From Lingula anatina (Eukaryota; Animalia; Brachiopoda): 64,000 nucleotides of DNA. The DNA lies in assembly GCA_051362555.1 (NCBI GenBank), contig CM120641.1, positions 26,108,401 through 26,172,400 on the forward strand, written 5' to 3'. Below are positions 1 through 13,177 of this stretch, piece by piece (the stretch's first letter is position 1; each line of letters opens with the position of its first letter). A program made the translations under genes and the position numbers. The notes under the pieces were generated by a model that ran no database searches, was not told the origin of the DNA, and saw only the letters and a program-made list of their open reading frames with translations.

Positions 1-3000
1 ACATGTATCTCCTTACCTTTTTTCAGTTGTTTTTAGCCGTCGCCTTGAATACCCTTAGACCCGACAATCCCACTTGTTTAAATGCATGGTTTAGAAAAGA
101 CCTCCCTTAACTACCTTTCTCTCTGCCTAGCTGGCCTCCAATAACGGTGGCAGCTAATCTACTGTATATGATTCAAGAAAGCACCGGGACAGGTTTGGCA
201 TGCCAGTTTCTTAAACTGAGTGACTTTCATTGGACACATAGCAAGGTCACATGTTCAAATGAATATGTGCTTCTGGGCGTATCGAAAGCCGCATTTGCTC
301 AGTCAATGATATATTACTTTGCTAAATAAGGAATTTGATTGGCATAGGCCAAGCGTCTTTGGTCCATCGCTATGTTTTTAGTACGTTTTAAATTCTAATT
401 TATGATTCTAGTCTACACGTGACTCGTGCTGGCAACGACTGTTTTCTAAAACACTTTGCTAAACCTTAAGTACACACGTTTTTCAAATAAAAGAATTACG
501 TTAAAAGAAGATAGAAGATTTTTCCCTCTGACCACACGCAATTTCATCTATTCCTGTATAAAAAATTACCAAATTGTATTCTAACGTATAAAGAGAATTT
601 TGAAGTGCGTTCTTTTTAAGCACTTTTTTCTGTCTAAAGCAATTAAAAAAATCAGCATGCCAATTCATCCCAATTATATCGGTATATTTTGAAATTCCTG
701 CTTGTATATTCTTACCGGTTGGGTCTCATACATGTATAATCCTATATACTTTTAACCAAACTTTTTACATAGGTAATTTGCATGTTTAAACAAAGGCATA
801 TAAAAATTAACATTTTGGCATTTTAGATGTGAATGGGACTTTTTTCTATTTGCATCAATGTACTTGTAGGAGCACAGCATATAGTTTATAAAGTTAATAT
901 CAGCTAATACTTATGTGGTTTGTGTTTTTCAACCATAACACAGAGACGAATAAGGTTCCAAAATTGTATCCGAAAAGCTGTTGAAATTGTGACAAAATCG
1001 TGAAATTTCAAGGAAAAAGGACGATTTATGATATAAATTTCATGCTGAACAAATATTCGCCTGAATTAAAAATGTGGGAAACTTTGTCGTTAAAATAATT
1101 TTAGTGTAATTTGACAAAATAAAGACTTAGTGACGTAATCTACACGGAAAAGTCCAAAGTCAGTAGGGTGGAATATTTTTCTAGTAATTTAAACCCTAAA
1201 TACAGTAGAGAGTGAGTTATTTCAAATTCATTTATATTTGTCCAGAAAACCAAAATGTTATAGAAGGTCTACCGCATATGAACTTCAGGTAACAGGCATG
1301 TCTGAAACACTAGGGAAAATAATCTCGAATTTGGTTTTGCTATAAACATTCCCTTCAATTTATTTCTTTTATTATCAAGGGGAGTATCTGTCGTTTTTTG
1401 ATAAGGCCTGATAAAGTTATCATTGATCTTGGAGGATAAATGGGCAGTAGAAATGGTCAATTCGATAAGCTTATTGAATATATATATATGGTTCAAATCA
1501 ATGGAGTGATCCCATATAAAGTTCAACTTCTCATTTGAGTATCCCGTGAATCTTCAATATTTATAGAGTATTAAATGGAATCTCCGAAGAAATATTCAAC
1601 ATTGATTAAAATCACCATGTCAAAGTGCTGGGTTGACCACAGCGGCCGTGATTGTTTAAAAATGGAAGCAAATAAAACTAGGCGGTGTCAATGGGAATCA
1701 GTCGCGTATTCTCGCACACCCCCACACTGAGTGAAGAGTAGCTCATCCTCAGGGACCCCATTCCTTTGATATCTATGACAATGTCCGGACCAACATGTAA
1801 AATTGTTACAAATAATCTTCATAATTTCAGCATAAAAATATCGACGACAATGTGTTAAATGTATTTAACGACTCCCCCCCCCCCCCCCCCCCCCCCGAAG
1901 GGACAGCCCAACCCCCATGCGCATATAAATTGGGACTGGCCCTTCCACATACCTGGCTTATCAATCTCGAAAGTTTTAACTTCTGCACTGTAATGATCTA
2001 GAATGAAGATACACGTACCTGAAGTAACCATGTAGAAAATTAGATACATTCGCCCACACGGACAGCCCTACCCAAAGGCACACTATGCGTTGTAGGAAGA
2101 GATCACTACCGCACAGGCGCACGGACATAAGGACGGACGGGATAACAGATCCCCGACTTTTATCAAAAAAGTGCCTAGATAGTTATAGCATGTGGCGAGT
2201 TGTTGAAATGTACGGTACCATACTGTAGTCAATATGTGAAAACATCAACAGACTACTACTTTTTACACCTTACATATCCCTTCTCTTTGACATGCTCTTC
2301 TTTACTTACGCGTGTTATGAATTGTAGTAACAAACATTACCTATACTGGCTATTACAGTAAGAAAGCTTCATGTAGCTTCATTCGCAAGATTTAGTCAAA
2401 TCCTCTTGTATATAAGAGATCCCCTTTTAACTATAAAAATTGGTAAAAAAAATCATCTCCAGTTTTCCCAACAGATACGACTATTTTTGATGTTATTAAG
2501 AGGTAAATGATGGTACTGGCTCAAGTTAAAGGGTCAAAACGTCTTGGAGAGGTTGTTAATCAAAATTAGGTCTCTACAGCCACCAAATGACATGCTGACG
2601 TAGACAAGACCCAAATTGATGCCTTCCGTGAATCTTCGGATCGAAGATAATACCATCGTCATCACCGTTATGACTTGAGTTCCACTTCGTCATTTAGTGA
2701 CTCTACACGTGCCATACGCGACTACGAATGTTGCCATTTTCCAAGAATTTCAACTTATAACGCGAAGTGCCGTTATCTGAAGCCAAGCACTGATCATTGA
2801 AAACCAAATTAGGCAGAGTTAAAATAGCTATGGTAAACAATTATACCCGTGTAAAATCAAATTATAATTACATAACAGATTTCGCTGGAGCTTTCACAGG
2901 ATACTGAATGAAGTATTTAAATATAACACAAAACCGACGATACAAAAAAAGCAATACTTCCAAGCAGAAGGCGTCCCAGGTGTCTCGGGCAATTAACCTA

Positions 3001-4636
3001 GGCGCTGTAGAAAAAAAAGCTTTTGTAACCAGATAAGTTCCCGAGTCCCGAGACAGTTTTCCAGTACCGGCCTTCGTCATTGCATCACTGCATTCACTAA
3101 CGGAAAAAAAAACAGAAAGAACATTGGCACCCCTCCCCCCCCCCCAAAGTTTTGTTCCGAATGATCGCAGAATCATTGGTACAATACACCAAAATACGAA
3201 ACTTAAACTTGTCAAATGTTGGCAAATAATACAAACTACCTGGCATGGCGCAAAGAACGATTTCATCTACAACATCAGCCCTTTCTTTCCCATATGCCGG
3301 TGATTAGATATCATGAACTGCATGCATTGACGACTTACATGTAGACTTATATGTATGTACTCGTAATATTTTAGTATACATACGTGCAGAGGCCGATTGC
3401 GTTATGATTATTCTGCTTGACACGCAATAGACATTTCGTTAATATAACCCCTTGGGGACTATATGCACATTCCGTCACCTTATATAAAAGTAAAGGAGTA
3501 GATGAATTATTGACGGATACAATATCTCTTTAAAAACCGATTACATGCTTTTTTATTTTTGCTTATTTTTCTGTCATTTTTTTTTTTTTTTTGCCTCTGT
3601 GAGACTCTGCACTGTTTCGGTAGTGTTATTTTACAACTTACGAACCATGTTTTAATCTAAACAAGTCGTGTGACGCTCATCGGCTTTATTTTGACATAAA
3701 AACACAAATTTAACCTGTAAGCTAAAAATGATTTATGGAAAACGGGTGTAATAAAAATGTTTTAATGTGAAATGGTAATAGTATTGCATGAATATACCAT
3801 GTATGATATGGTTACATCATCTAAATGCGCTAATACAATGAAGGAGTATCAATGAAAGAGTTATTACAATAATGATAATCATATTGCAATAAATGTACCA
3901 ACACTGAAAGCTTTAGTTCAGAATGGTTATTAGACCTACCACAATTTAACTATATCTGAAGCTGAGTCTAAGCTGAGTCTGCGCTATACTAAGCTAGCTT
4001 GAGGATGGCTCAAAGCAATTCATATGAATTCATAGTATTGGGGATACATTATCAAATGCTTGGCACGTGAACACACTTCAGTTTTGCACCGTGATTAAAA
4101 AAAGAAACGGGTATAAAAAAAACCAAAAAAAAAAAAAAAACATGCGCCTGGTGACGTTAGTGTTCGTGAACAATTTAGCCGCAAGAAGAATCTAACACCT
4201 ATTTATAGGCACTAATTGACTGTCTATCCAAATGTCACAAGGTCATTGACACTGTCCAGTCACCTGATTGAAAAAACGCGTGCATCCTACTGGCAAAGCT
4301 GGGGAAGACGGTTGCGGCATCTTGGGTGTTGCATCAGTGTGCCAAATTCTTTTGGAATTAGGGTGTGTGGAAAATTCTCTTTGGCATATAGTCCCTGGAA
4401 TTTATATGTGTCTGATGCATTGTTTTTAAAACGGTAACAGTGGAGAGCTGATGGAATCTTTCCGTTGCATGCCGGGCTGCGTGCCATTAACTTTTATCTC
4501 ATTGGCTGAAGTCAAATATATGCTGATGGGAGTATTTTCTTCCACTCTTTTAGTAGCCTGATTTGCACGTTATCAGGCAAGCCATAACTACATCCGTGAT
4601 CTATAACGTGATAAGCTTAAGCTGAATGTGTCTTTA

Positions 4637-7600
4637 TCACTCGCTTTTAGCGGCAGCTTTGGCAAGTTTACCCAGGCCGCCTCCCTTCAGCTTATCTTTA
4701 AGATTATCCCATCTTTTCTTCCCCGTAATTAAGGTTATCTTTGGCAATTTGAAAAGACCCGGGCTTGGTGACTTGTCTTTTTCTATATTAACTTCAAGGT
4801 CGTCCGTCTGGCTGGCGGCCTCAGCGGTCTCTTTGATGTCACCTTCCTCCATGAAGCGGACGATGTTTTTCATTGCTTCTTTTTGCTGACGCTTGCGTTT
4901 ACGCTCGTCGCGTTCTTTCGCGACTTTTTTCTTGGCTTTCATTTTCAAGTCTTTGTAGTCCTTGTTCACACTCAGTATTTCTCTGAAACATTGAAAAAAA
5001 AAAAAAAAAAAAAAAAAAAACAGATGAGAATTAAGTTCAGTATGTATGAGATAATGGTCAATTAATCCAGCTATACGCCATAACATAGTATTGATGTACA
5101 GCCCATTATTCAAGATTTCGAAACTTTCACCCCTATATAACCTAAGGCAAATATCCACATTTACTACGTGAATTAAGTATCCTATAAAATGTCCATATAC
5201 ATGTATCCCACACACTTACACTATGTCCACCTCTCCGTCTCCATCTTTGTCCAGCATGTCGATGAGGGTGTCCATTTGGTCCACGCTGAGAGGGGTGTTC
5301 ACGGACTGAAATAATACGGAAAGCAGTCTTTGAATGTGAAAAAGTTATCTTATTTAATGAACTGAATCATAATGTGCAAAAATGTAAGTGAAATATAAGT
5401 AAACAATCTATATGAGGGCTCTATTTACAAACAATAGCTTAAAACAATCCTTAAAGGTGATTCACAACACGTTTAGCAAAAGTGATTTAACTTTTCTTTC
5501 GCGTACTTTCCTTGAAACTCACATATACACATTTTCAGTAATTTCCTTTTATTGTATTCCATCTTCAATTTACATGAAATTTCATCCTTATACGTGTGAA
5601 TGTAGGTTACATTTCATAGCTTCAAAATGCATCGTTTTGAAAAACAAATTTCGCAATAAGTATTGAAGCTTAGTACTTCCAAAATTACTTCCCAAATATC
5701 TTTGCGTCTGAAACAAAGAAGTTAAAGGCAAAACTAAAATTGTTACAAATTCAGTGTCCAAATTGGACATTTCCTTATACAAAATGAACATAGTTGCATG
5801 AGTACTATAGGTAAATGTAATGACACTTACCGATAATCCCTGTATAAACTCATCACGCGTCAAACTCAGACTTTGGTCTTTGTCAAACGCTTTGAATAAG
5901 TCGACAAGACGGAGGTTCTTTTCTGTCATGAAGATAAGCAACACTTCTAAAGGGTTGTCGTCTGCTAACTGTTCCTCTCCCCCCTCTAAGAGTTTCCCCT
6001 GCGTCACGTGACCAACTCTCACCGTGAAGATGCGTCGTTCTTTTTTAATTTCATGTACAACGTCCATGAACTCTCTCTCAACTACAAGGTCCTAGAATGG
6101 AAAAAGAAAAGAAAAATCAGTTCAATCTAAAGAGAAGTGGGCAAAAGTCTGACACAAGGACATCTTTGCAAAGAAGGAGAAATTCAAAACAAGTCTGTTT
6201 GCTATATGTATATTGTATATAGGCCTATTAGGTAGGGTTACTTTCACGGGTGTATGTCTCGCACATTTTTCATGAAAATATTACATCTTAACATTCCAAA
6301 ATTATTAATTCCTATAAATCATTAAAATACACTATGTGTCTGTCTCTTATTTTGATTTTATTTTCAACACTGGGGAATACTACAGTTAAAAAAACAAGAG
6401 AAATCCTGAAACAGGGAATAAGAAAGGATGAGTTACCAGCACCTTTCTTATTATATTGGAACATGGACTGGATACAAAATTCTCTGCATAAAAAGATACT
6501 TGTGCATTACGGATACAGTACAAGTGGTTATTGCATAAACTCATTGGCAAACCACGCAAATATGCGATCAAAATTACCAATGTGTCCCTGAAGAAATCAA
6601 AGCAATTATTTGCGCCGTGGTTGCCAACAAATAGGGTCAAAATCGCTCTGAATGTTTCCGTGGCCAGTTGTTGTGCCTTTTTTTACAAGACTAAACCCAT
6701 ATCTCTGGAGATAAAGAATATCTGTAATGTATCGTGACATGAAAATGTGTCCGAAATTGCAAAATTCTTGGAACTGATAAAAGAGCAGCAAGACCCCCCC
6801 CCCCTAAAAAAAAAAAAAAAAAAAAAAAACTATTAATATATTTATGATATTTCTATTGACTGGTACAATGCGGTTTCCGTGTGTACGGCGATTTCATGGC
6901 ACGACACGCAATCAAGAAATTGCGTTCTCTTTGAACTTATTATCGAGTCAATATTTACAACATGAAGATAATCAATCCGTAAACGACAATAACATTTGAT
7001 TCATCTGTCAGAAGATGTTACCAGCTTGAACAGTTTCAAACAGCCAAATGTGTATCAGATAAAAAGCGCACATGTGGCTATAGGCTTCTTCTAATAATAA
7101 TAATATAAAGGAACACTTATCCCTAACCGGAAAATGTCAGCTCAGAAAAAAAGGGCCTACAAGATGCTGTCAATGGAATGAGAATAAATGCGCGCTTATA
7201 TAAATTTTGAAATTTTGATTAAGAAATCGGAATGCAGACTGCTTGTTTTATTGATTGATCGTGACATGATTGAATATATGCACACGTTATGTTGCAGTTG
7301 TAACTCCAAATACAGTTAAGGTCTTCCATCGCTCTACGCTACATACGTTTCGCTATTCGGTGATGCAATGCATTATATCATAATTATAGATTAATTTACC
7401 ACGGGGCTTTAAAATGGCTTTCAAACGATTATTAGAAACTTAAAGGCGTGTGGGTGCAGGCTAAATGCCCTTCATAAATAAATTGACAGTACATTTTCTC
7501 TCGTTAGCCATCTTCAGGGTGTTGAGCGATCATTATCATTATTATCCCAGACCCCATTTCGTGCCGCTCAAAACCAATAGCAACAGAACAGGGCATTTCC

Positions 7601-10396
7601 ACTGACCTTCAGATCGAAACTTCTTAATGGGATTTCCTTGTTATCTAGGATGGCTTTCAGTAACCCTATAGCTCCTTGGTTCGTGATTGGGTTTTGCCCC
7701 ATCTGGAAGGGAAAGCGAGTGATTACAGTCACCGTTTCACTGGTGTTCAAAGTATTATATTTCATGATGCAAAAATTGATTTTGTATCCCCGAGAGCGCC
7801 GTGAAGAAAACTTTAAATGCGCATCATTCGGCCAGTATGTATGCAAATTGTTTGAAATTGTTTCAAACACATCGGCTTCAAACCTCTTTATACAAATTAC
7901 TCGTCTGTAATGTACATTATGCTCAATCACATTTCAAATGTCTGGGGAACGTAACTTAATAACGCTAACGAAATCAAGTTGCGATCACTTCTTTCTCTTG
8001 ATAATTGCCCAACAATACAAATTTGCTTTAGTTCGTTTGAGCAAACAATGGGATTTATGCCATTGTGGGGCACTGGATTTTATAAGTTTTGTGCAGGACC
8101 GGCACATTTTATCTGAAACTTAATAAAAATAAAAATCTATAAATATATACTTAACTAAAATATTTTTTGTCAGATATATGAACTTTCAGACGGTCTTAAT
8201 ATCACGAATAAGGGGAATATAGAGTACTTTATAATATCTATGTGTTAAAAGAATACAACTACGCCGGCGCCTAATCATTCAAGCGTCCATGTACACCAAT
8301 GTTTATTTTGGGGAAGTCGAGTGAAGGCGTGTTCTGATAATGGATTTGCAATATCATGAAACTTAATAATATTAGTTCATTTTTTCATGAAAAAAAGGAA
8401 GACTGACCTCAAAACTGGAAAACCATTATTGCATATTTGAAATATGATATGATAATACACAACTAACCTTCAAAACACAAAGTCCCTTATTTTTCTTGAG
8501 ACCAAGTTTGGCGAACTCTAGTGCCCCGGGGGTGGTGATTCTATTACAACTGATGTCCAGCTCCTCGATGGTATCATTCTCGGTCAAGGCTTTGGCCAGG
8601 GCAATGGACCCGCTAGATGCCAAGCCATTCATCGCAAGGTTCAAGAACTGAATACTAATGTTATCCTGGAAATGATGTTAAACTGATTATTTGATTTTTG
8701 GTCATTTCTTTTTCTGTATCTAATTTGGCTTTGTTTTATTTGATTTCATTCAATATAATTCTTTTAACTAAGAGAGTTTGAAATAAATAAGTTAGGCATT
8801 AATTCATCCGTGCTTTAAACGTAAAGTGACAATATGCACTTATGTTTTTTTATTCTTAACTACAATTTTTTTTCGATAATTCCAGAGAGGGAAACTGAGA
8901 GCCTCTTAACCTCTAATTGATAATATTTGAACAGTTGGGAATCAGCACATCCTAGGATGCCCCAATGGATTCATCTGCAAAATACCTGAATGTTACAAGT
9001 GTGTGTGTGTGTGTGTGTGTGTGTTTGTACATGTGTGAGTGCGTGCGTATGTGTGTGTGTGTGTGTGTGTGTGTGAGTGCTAAAGACGCAAAATGGATGA
9101 CGAATCACTCACGGTAATTGCACGAGATAACGCCACGCCTCCGTTCATTCTGATATGGTTCCAGCTCAGGTCTAAAGAAACGAGGCTATCATTCATGGCT
9201 GAAAAGTAATTAATACTTCTTTATGTCGTTACAACAACGAGGCTTTCATTAATGGATGAAGAGAGATTTTGAACACTTTTTATGTCTTTACAGCAATAAT
9301 TTAGAACAAACTTAAGTGTCGGGGATATATTTCCATTTTATAGAGTTGCATTAGGTTCCGGTATTCATTTTAACGCTTGTCGTTCATGCTCTGCAGTTAC
9401 ATTTTGATTATGTTTTCGATCCATGATATGAATGAAACAGTTTCTCTAATTTCACCAAATCAGTAGCCAACTTGAGGATGGCGCTGCAACCTGTGCGAAC
9501 TGTTCTATTTTGACATATTTAATTGTTATACTGCCCTCCTCTCCCGACCCGATCAGATATACCCCCCTCGTCGTACAAGGAGAAAAAAATTACTCTGCTG
9601 TCCATGAAAAATGGTTCTACAAGTCCACGAAACATGGTTCTACAAGTACATGATGCACAATTACCACATTTTATATTTAGGTTGAAAAAAAAATGAAATA
9701 CATGTAGCAAGATAACTTATTTTATCGTACCGAGAAAAGCGGGCATTTTTTTTTTTGTTGTAGAATTGGGGTCTAAAATGGAGGTAAAAGTACCGACATC
9801 AAGGATATAGAAACTGGTTCCAGTTTCCAAAGAAAGTGCCACCTTATTCAGTATATTCCATTTTACAGCTCAATAGGCCTTTATGCGCAGTGCAAGATAA
9901 CTCTTTCTACGTTTCAAGCCCGTCGTTTTTCATTTCGCTGAGAAGTGTTACATCATGTTTCCAGAGCGTTTGCACTCCTAGGCCCTGACGCGGATAATTT
10001 GTCTGGAAGTTAAGAGATGCGTCTTTCACATCAGTGAACAAGGACAAATACCTATCTCCGTTCGTAAGCTAAAATCGATAGTCTGAAAGTCTGCGCCCTT
10101 TTTAAAACACACACAGGCCTACCTATTGCAGGGGCAAGTGTCAGACAACCTGCGTCATCTATTTGGTTATGGCTCAGATTCAAGTCCATCAGCACTGTGT
10201 TAGTCTGAAATGAAAATATGATTTTAGGGAAAAGATAACGTCTACCCCGAAGAAAATGCTTCAGGGGATTGTGTTCCACACAAACCGTCCCGCGTGCGGT
10301 GACGTTTACATTTATGCTAAAGTTCATAAATACTAGTGCACAGAGAAAACCTCTGTTAATTTCATATGCAATTGAGTGCTAGTACATCTATTTGGT

Positions 10397-10440
<44 letters not shown>

Positions 10441-10669
10441 CAGTGGCGGATTAAGGGAGGGTGCCAAGGGGATCCTGACCACCCCCCCCCCACCCTCAAT
10501 TTATGTAAAAATCACACCAATGGTCTCCTGTTGAAATAAGAATTTTGACTAGCTGAATCATAGTTCTAAACCGTACCAAATGGCACCGTTCGCCCTCTAA
10601 AATACCAGAAATTTTCGGGACCCGGTGAACACCACGCCACCCCCTTCAAATAATCCTGGATCCGCCACT

Positions 10670-10738
<69 letters not shown>

Positions 10739-11362
10739 GAGAGAGAGAGAGAGAGAGGGGGGGGATAGGGGTTCTAGCTTAGAGTTTTCTTACTAAAAGG
10801 ATATCAGCCAAGTATTTCGTATCCTTGCTGCAAATCTCATTCCCAGACAGATTAACGCTTCGTAGAAAGATGCTGTCTCTGACGGCTTCGTAAAGAAGCC
10901 TCACACCAGCGCTTCCTAGTTTATTATTGGAGAGGTTCTGAATTAAAAGAATAAAAAAGGAAAATTATATTATTATTATTGTAAACTGGGATGTTACAGT
11001 AGAAGATATGAGATACTGACCAAATGATATTTTCACCTTTATACATTTGATATTGCTCAAAATCACTGAATTTTTCTTGGGTTTGGTGTCACCCTACATG
11101 TATCTCTTTTTAAGTCTACAACGTATAGCATCAATTATTAAATGATTTGTCATATAACTAGGTAACGTAGCCTCAAGCTTTTTTTGCAATTCAAACTACA
11201 GTTATGGCTTACCATATCAGTGATGAAATAATTTTCTTGCAGTGTTTTGGCAAAGGCTTTAGCTCCTGTTGATTCAATCCAGTTCCAACTGAGGTCTATG
11301 TTTGTCATTTTAAGATTTTTCTTTAAAAGAAGACAAAAAAATGTAAAGTTATTGAGACACTA

Positions 11363-11401
<39 letters not shown>

Positions 11402-13177
11402 TTTCAGTTTACACTTTCAACAAAGCAAACACATGATAATATTTAAATTTCTCAAGAAACGTGGCGAAATTTGATAAGGTATCAGAACAATCCCCTCCAA
11501 AAACCCCCTTACGTAATGAATATACGGAAATGACTCGATCTTTTCAAGGAGGTAAGTTATGAATTTTTCAGATACTGTATTTTTTGGAAAACCAGCTATC
11601 CTATGTAAAGCACTATGCTATACAGTCAAATCTCCACAAACGCTGCATACAAATATGATTTTTAATAATAAGATAATAAGACAGGCAATTTTCTCTATTG
11701 ACAGGATTGAGTTATTACCGTAAACTGAAATTGAACAATCATAATTGAGAAAAATGACGATCCCTTTAGTCATATACAAACTATGAATAATTTGTCTATG
11801 CTTTAATCAAAATCAATCTCGAGGGAGAGATGGGGTGAACAGATTATCAAATTCTTCCAGAATATCTTAAATAAACAAACTTTTCTTTTTAATTGTTACC
11901 CCCTGACATAGTTGAATAATGGCTTTCGAAGCTTACTTTCTTTTCAGTTGTCTTTTCTAATTTTATTAACAATACAACTGCTCACTTTCTTGACGTTTGC
12001 ACTCACCTGCATGGGAATAGAGAGTGCTCGAGCGCTTTCGGGTCCCATGCTGCGGTATAGCATTTTAAATTCTGGCTCGTCCATATGACGGATGTAGTAG
12101 GAGATAGGGGGCACACCAAGCTGTTCACATACTCTTATGTACAAGCTTTCTCCGCTAGTATCGTGCTGCTCTTCTTTGGAATTGTCTGGGGGAAAAATCA
12201 AGAAAAATAAACGTGTACGAAAACTCAACCCTGATGCCAGTGCTTTTAATGATGTGGCAAATGGAAAATTTTGAATAAAAGTGAATTAAAACATGGAGTT
12301 TCAAATTGTTAACCTATAAATGCGAGAAAAGATAAGGGCACCAACGAGAAAAATGTGCACTAGTGAGACAATGATTATGGTAGTAGATATACCAGATGTA
12401 TACTTTTAAAACTCGACAAAACAATTATGGATAAAACGAAATGAAATGTTGTAATCGAAAAAACAAGAGAAGAGATTATTAGAAATTTGACTGATATATT
12501 TTAGTGTATAGTAATTTAATGCAGATGTACAGCATATTGAAAATTCTAAAAACAGTTCGGTATCTATTGAAATAAAATAAACACAAACAAAGTTTCTTAA
12601 CACCAACCCTCTTCTTCTAAATCTGTATCATATTCTTCGTCATTATCGAGGTCGATGTCGTAGTTGGTTTCTTTAATTTCCGAAGGAATACAGTCGAAAG
12701 CAGCAAACCTTGGCGGCAGTCTTCTTTTCCCCCCGGGAGGCTTATACAGTTCTATAGGTCTGAGAAATTTGTTAGTCACTGGTTGCCTTGGCCCCGAGCT
12801 GCTAGTGGCTCGGCTGGGCAAAGAGCTGACGGGGGTACGGACGAACCGGGAGCGTGCAGATTGCCGAGGAACTGGGGTCTTCCTCGGCGAGCCCGCCCTC
12901 TCGGGGTAGGTAAAGGTGTGGGCCTGGAATAAAATTGGAATAAGTTTTGCTGTGTACCAAATTTACACATCGAAATTGCGGGTGTATACTTATACTACCG
13001 GTACATTGAGCGACAGAAGGAGCTTATTCGAATACCCAAGATAAAAAGAGTCTCGTTATTGTATGTTAATAAATAAACACGACTGTTTTTCTGCCATATA
13101 GATAACAAATTTGTTCAAGTTCCACTGTTACTAATACTTACCCTTGTAACATTCGGAATATGTGGTAGGACCGACAT
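4637..13177 (-). CDS. LRRC74A: LRRC74A-like leucine-rich-repeat protein with C-terminal EF-hand pair and basic coiled-coil tail (12 coding exons)
   Basis: Phase-consistent GT-AG exons: 13142-13177, 12608-12923, 12007-12185, 11213-11320, 10794-10937, 10123-10204, 9113-9198, 8468-8665, 7607-7702, 5831-6091, 5220-5305, 4637-4982. They encode an acidic 'EEYDTDLEEE' motif, RI-type LRRs (IDLSWNWI, NLSNNKL, LNLSHNQI, LDLSWNHI, LDISCNRI) and EF-hands (DKDQSLSLTRDE, DKDGDGEVDIVE). The start codon is tentative. Confidence 0.8.
9000..9075. repeat. Imperfect (TG)n microsatellite
   Basis: Read directly from the sequence; intronic. Confidence 0.9.
10401..10757. repeat. Compound microsatellite (TG)n / (AT)n / (GA)n around the MITE
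   Basis: Read directly from the sequence. Confidence 0.9.
10441..10670. mobile_element. MITE / non-autonomous DNA transposon (hAT-like termini) inserted in a (TG)n tract
   Basis: Termini CAGTGGCGGAT...ATCCGCCACTG form an 11-bp perfect TIR (14/16 when extended). The element is 230 bp, non-coding, and flanked on both sides by TG repeats. Confidence 0.8.

Noticed and set aside
1-3300. Short ORFs and repeat-like fragments at the window start
   Set aside because: No consistent exon chain or paired element termini could be established by eye.
4216-4620. Short overlapping ORFs downstream of the LRRC74A-like stop
   Set aside because: No recognisable domain or splice structure; probably 3' UTR.
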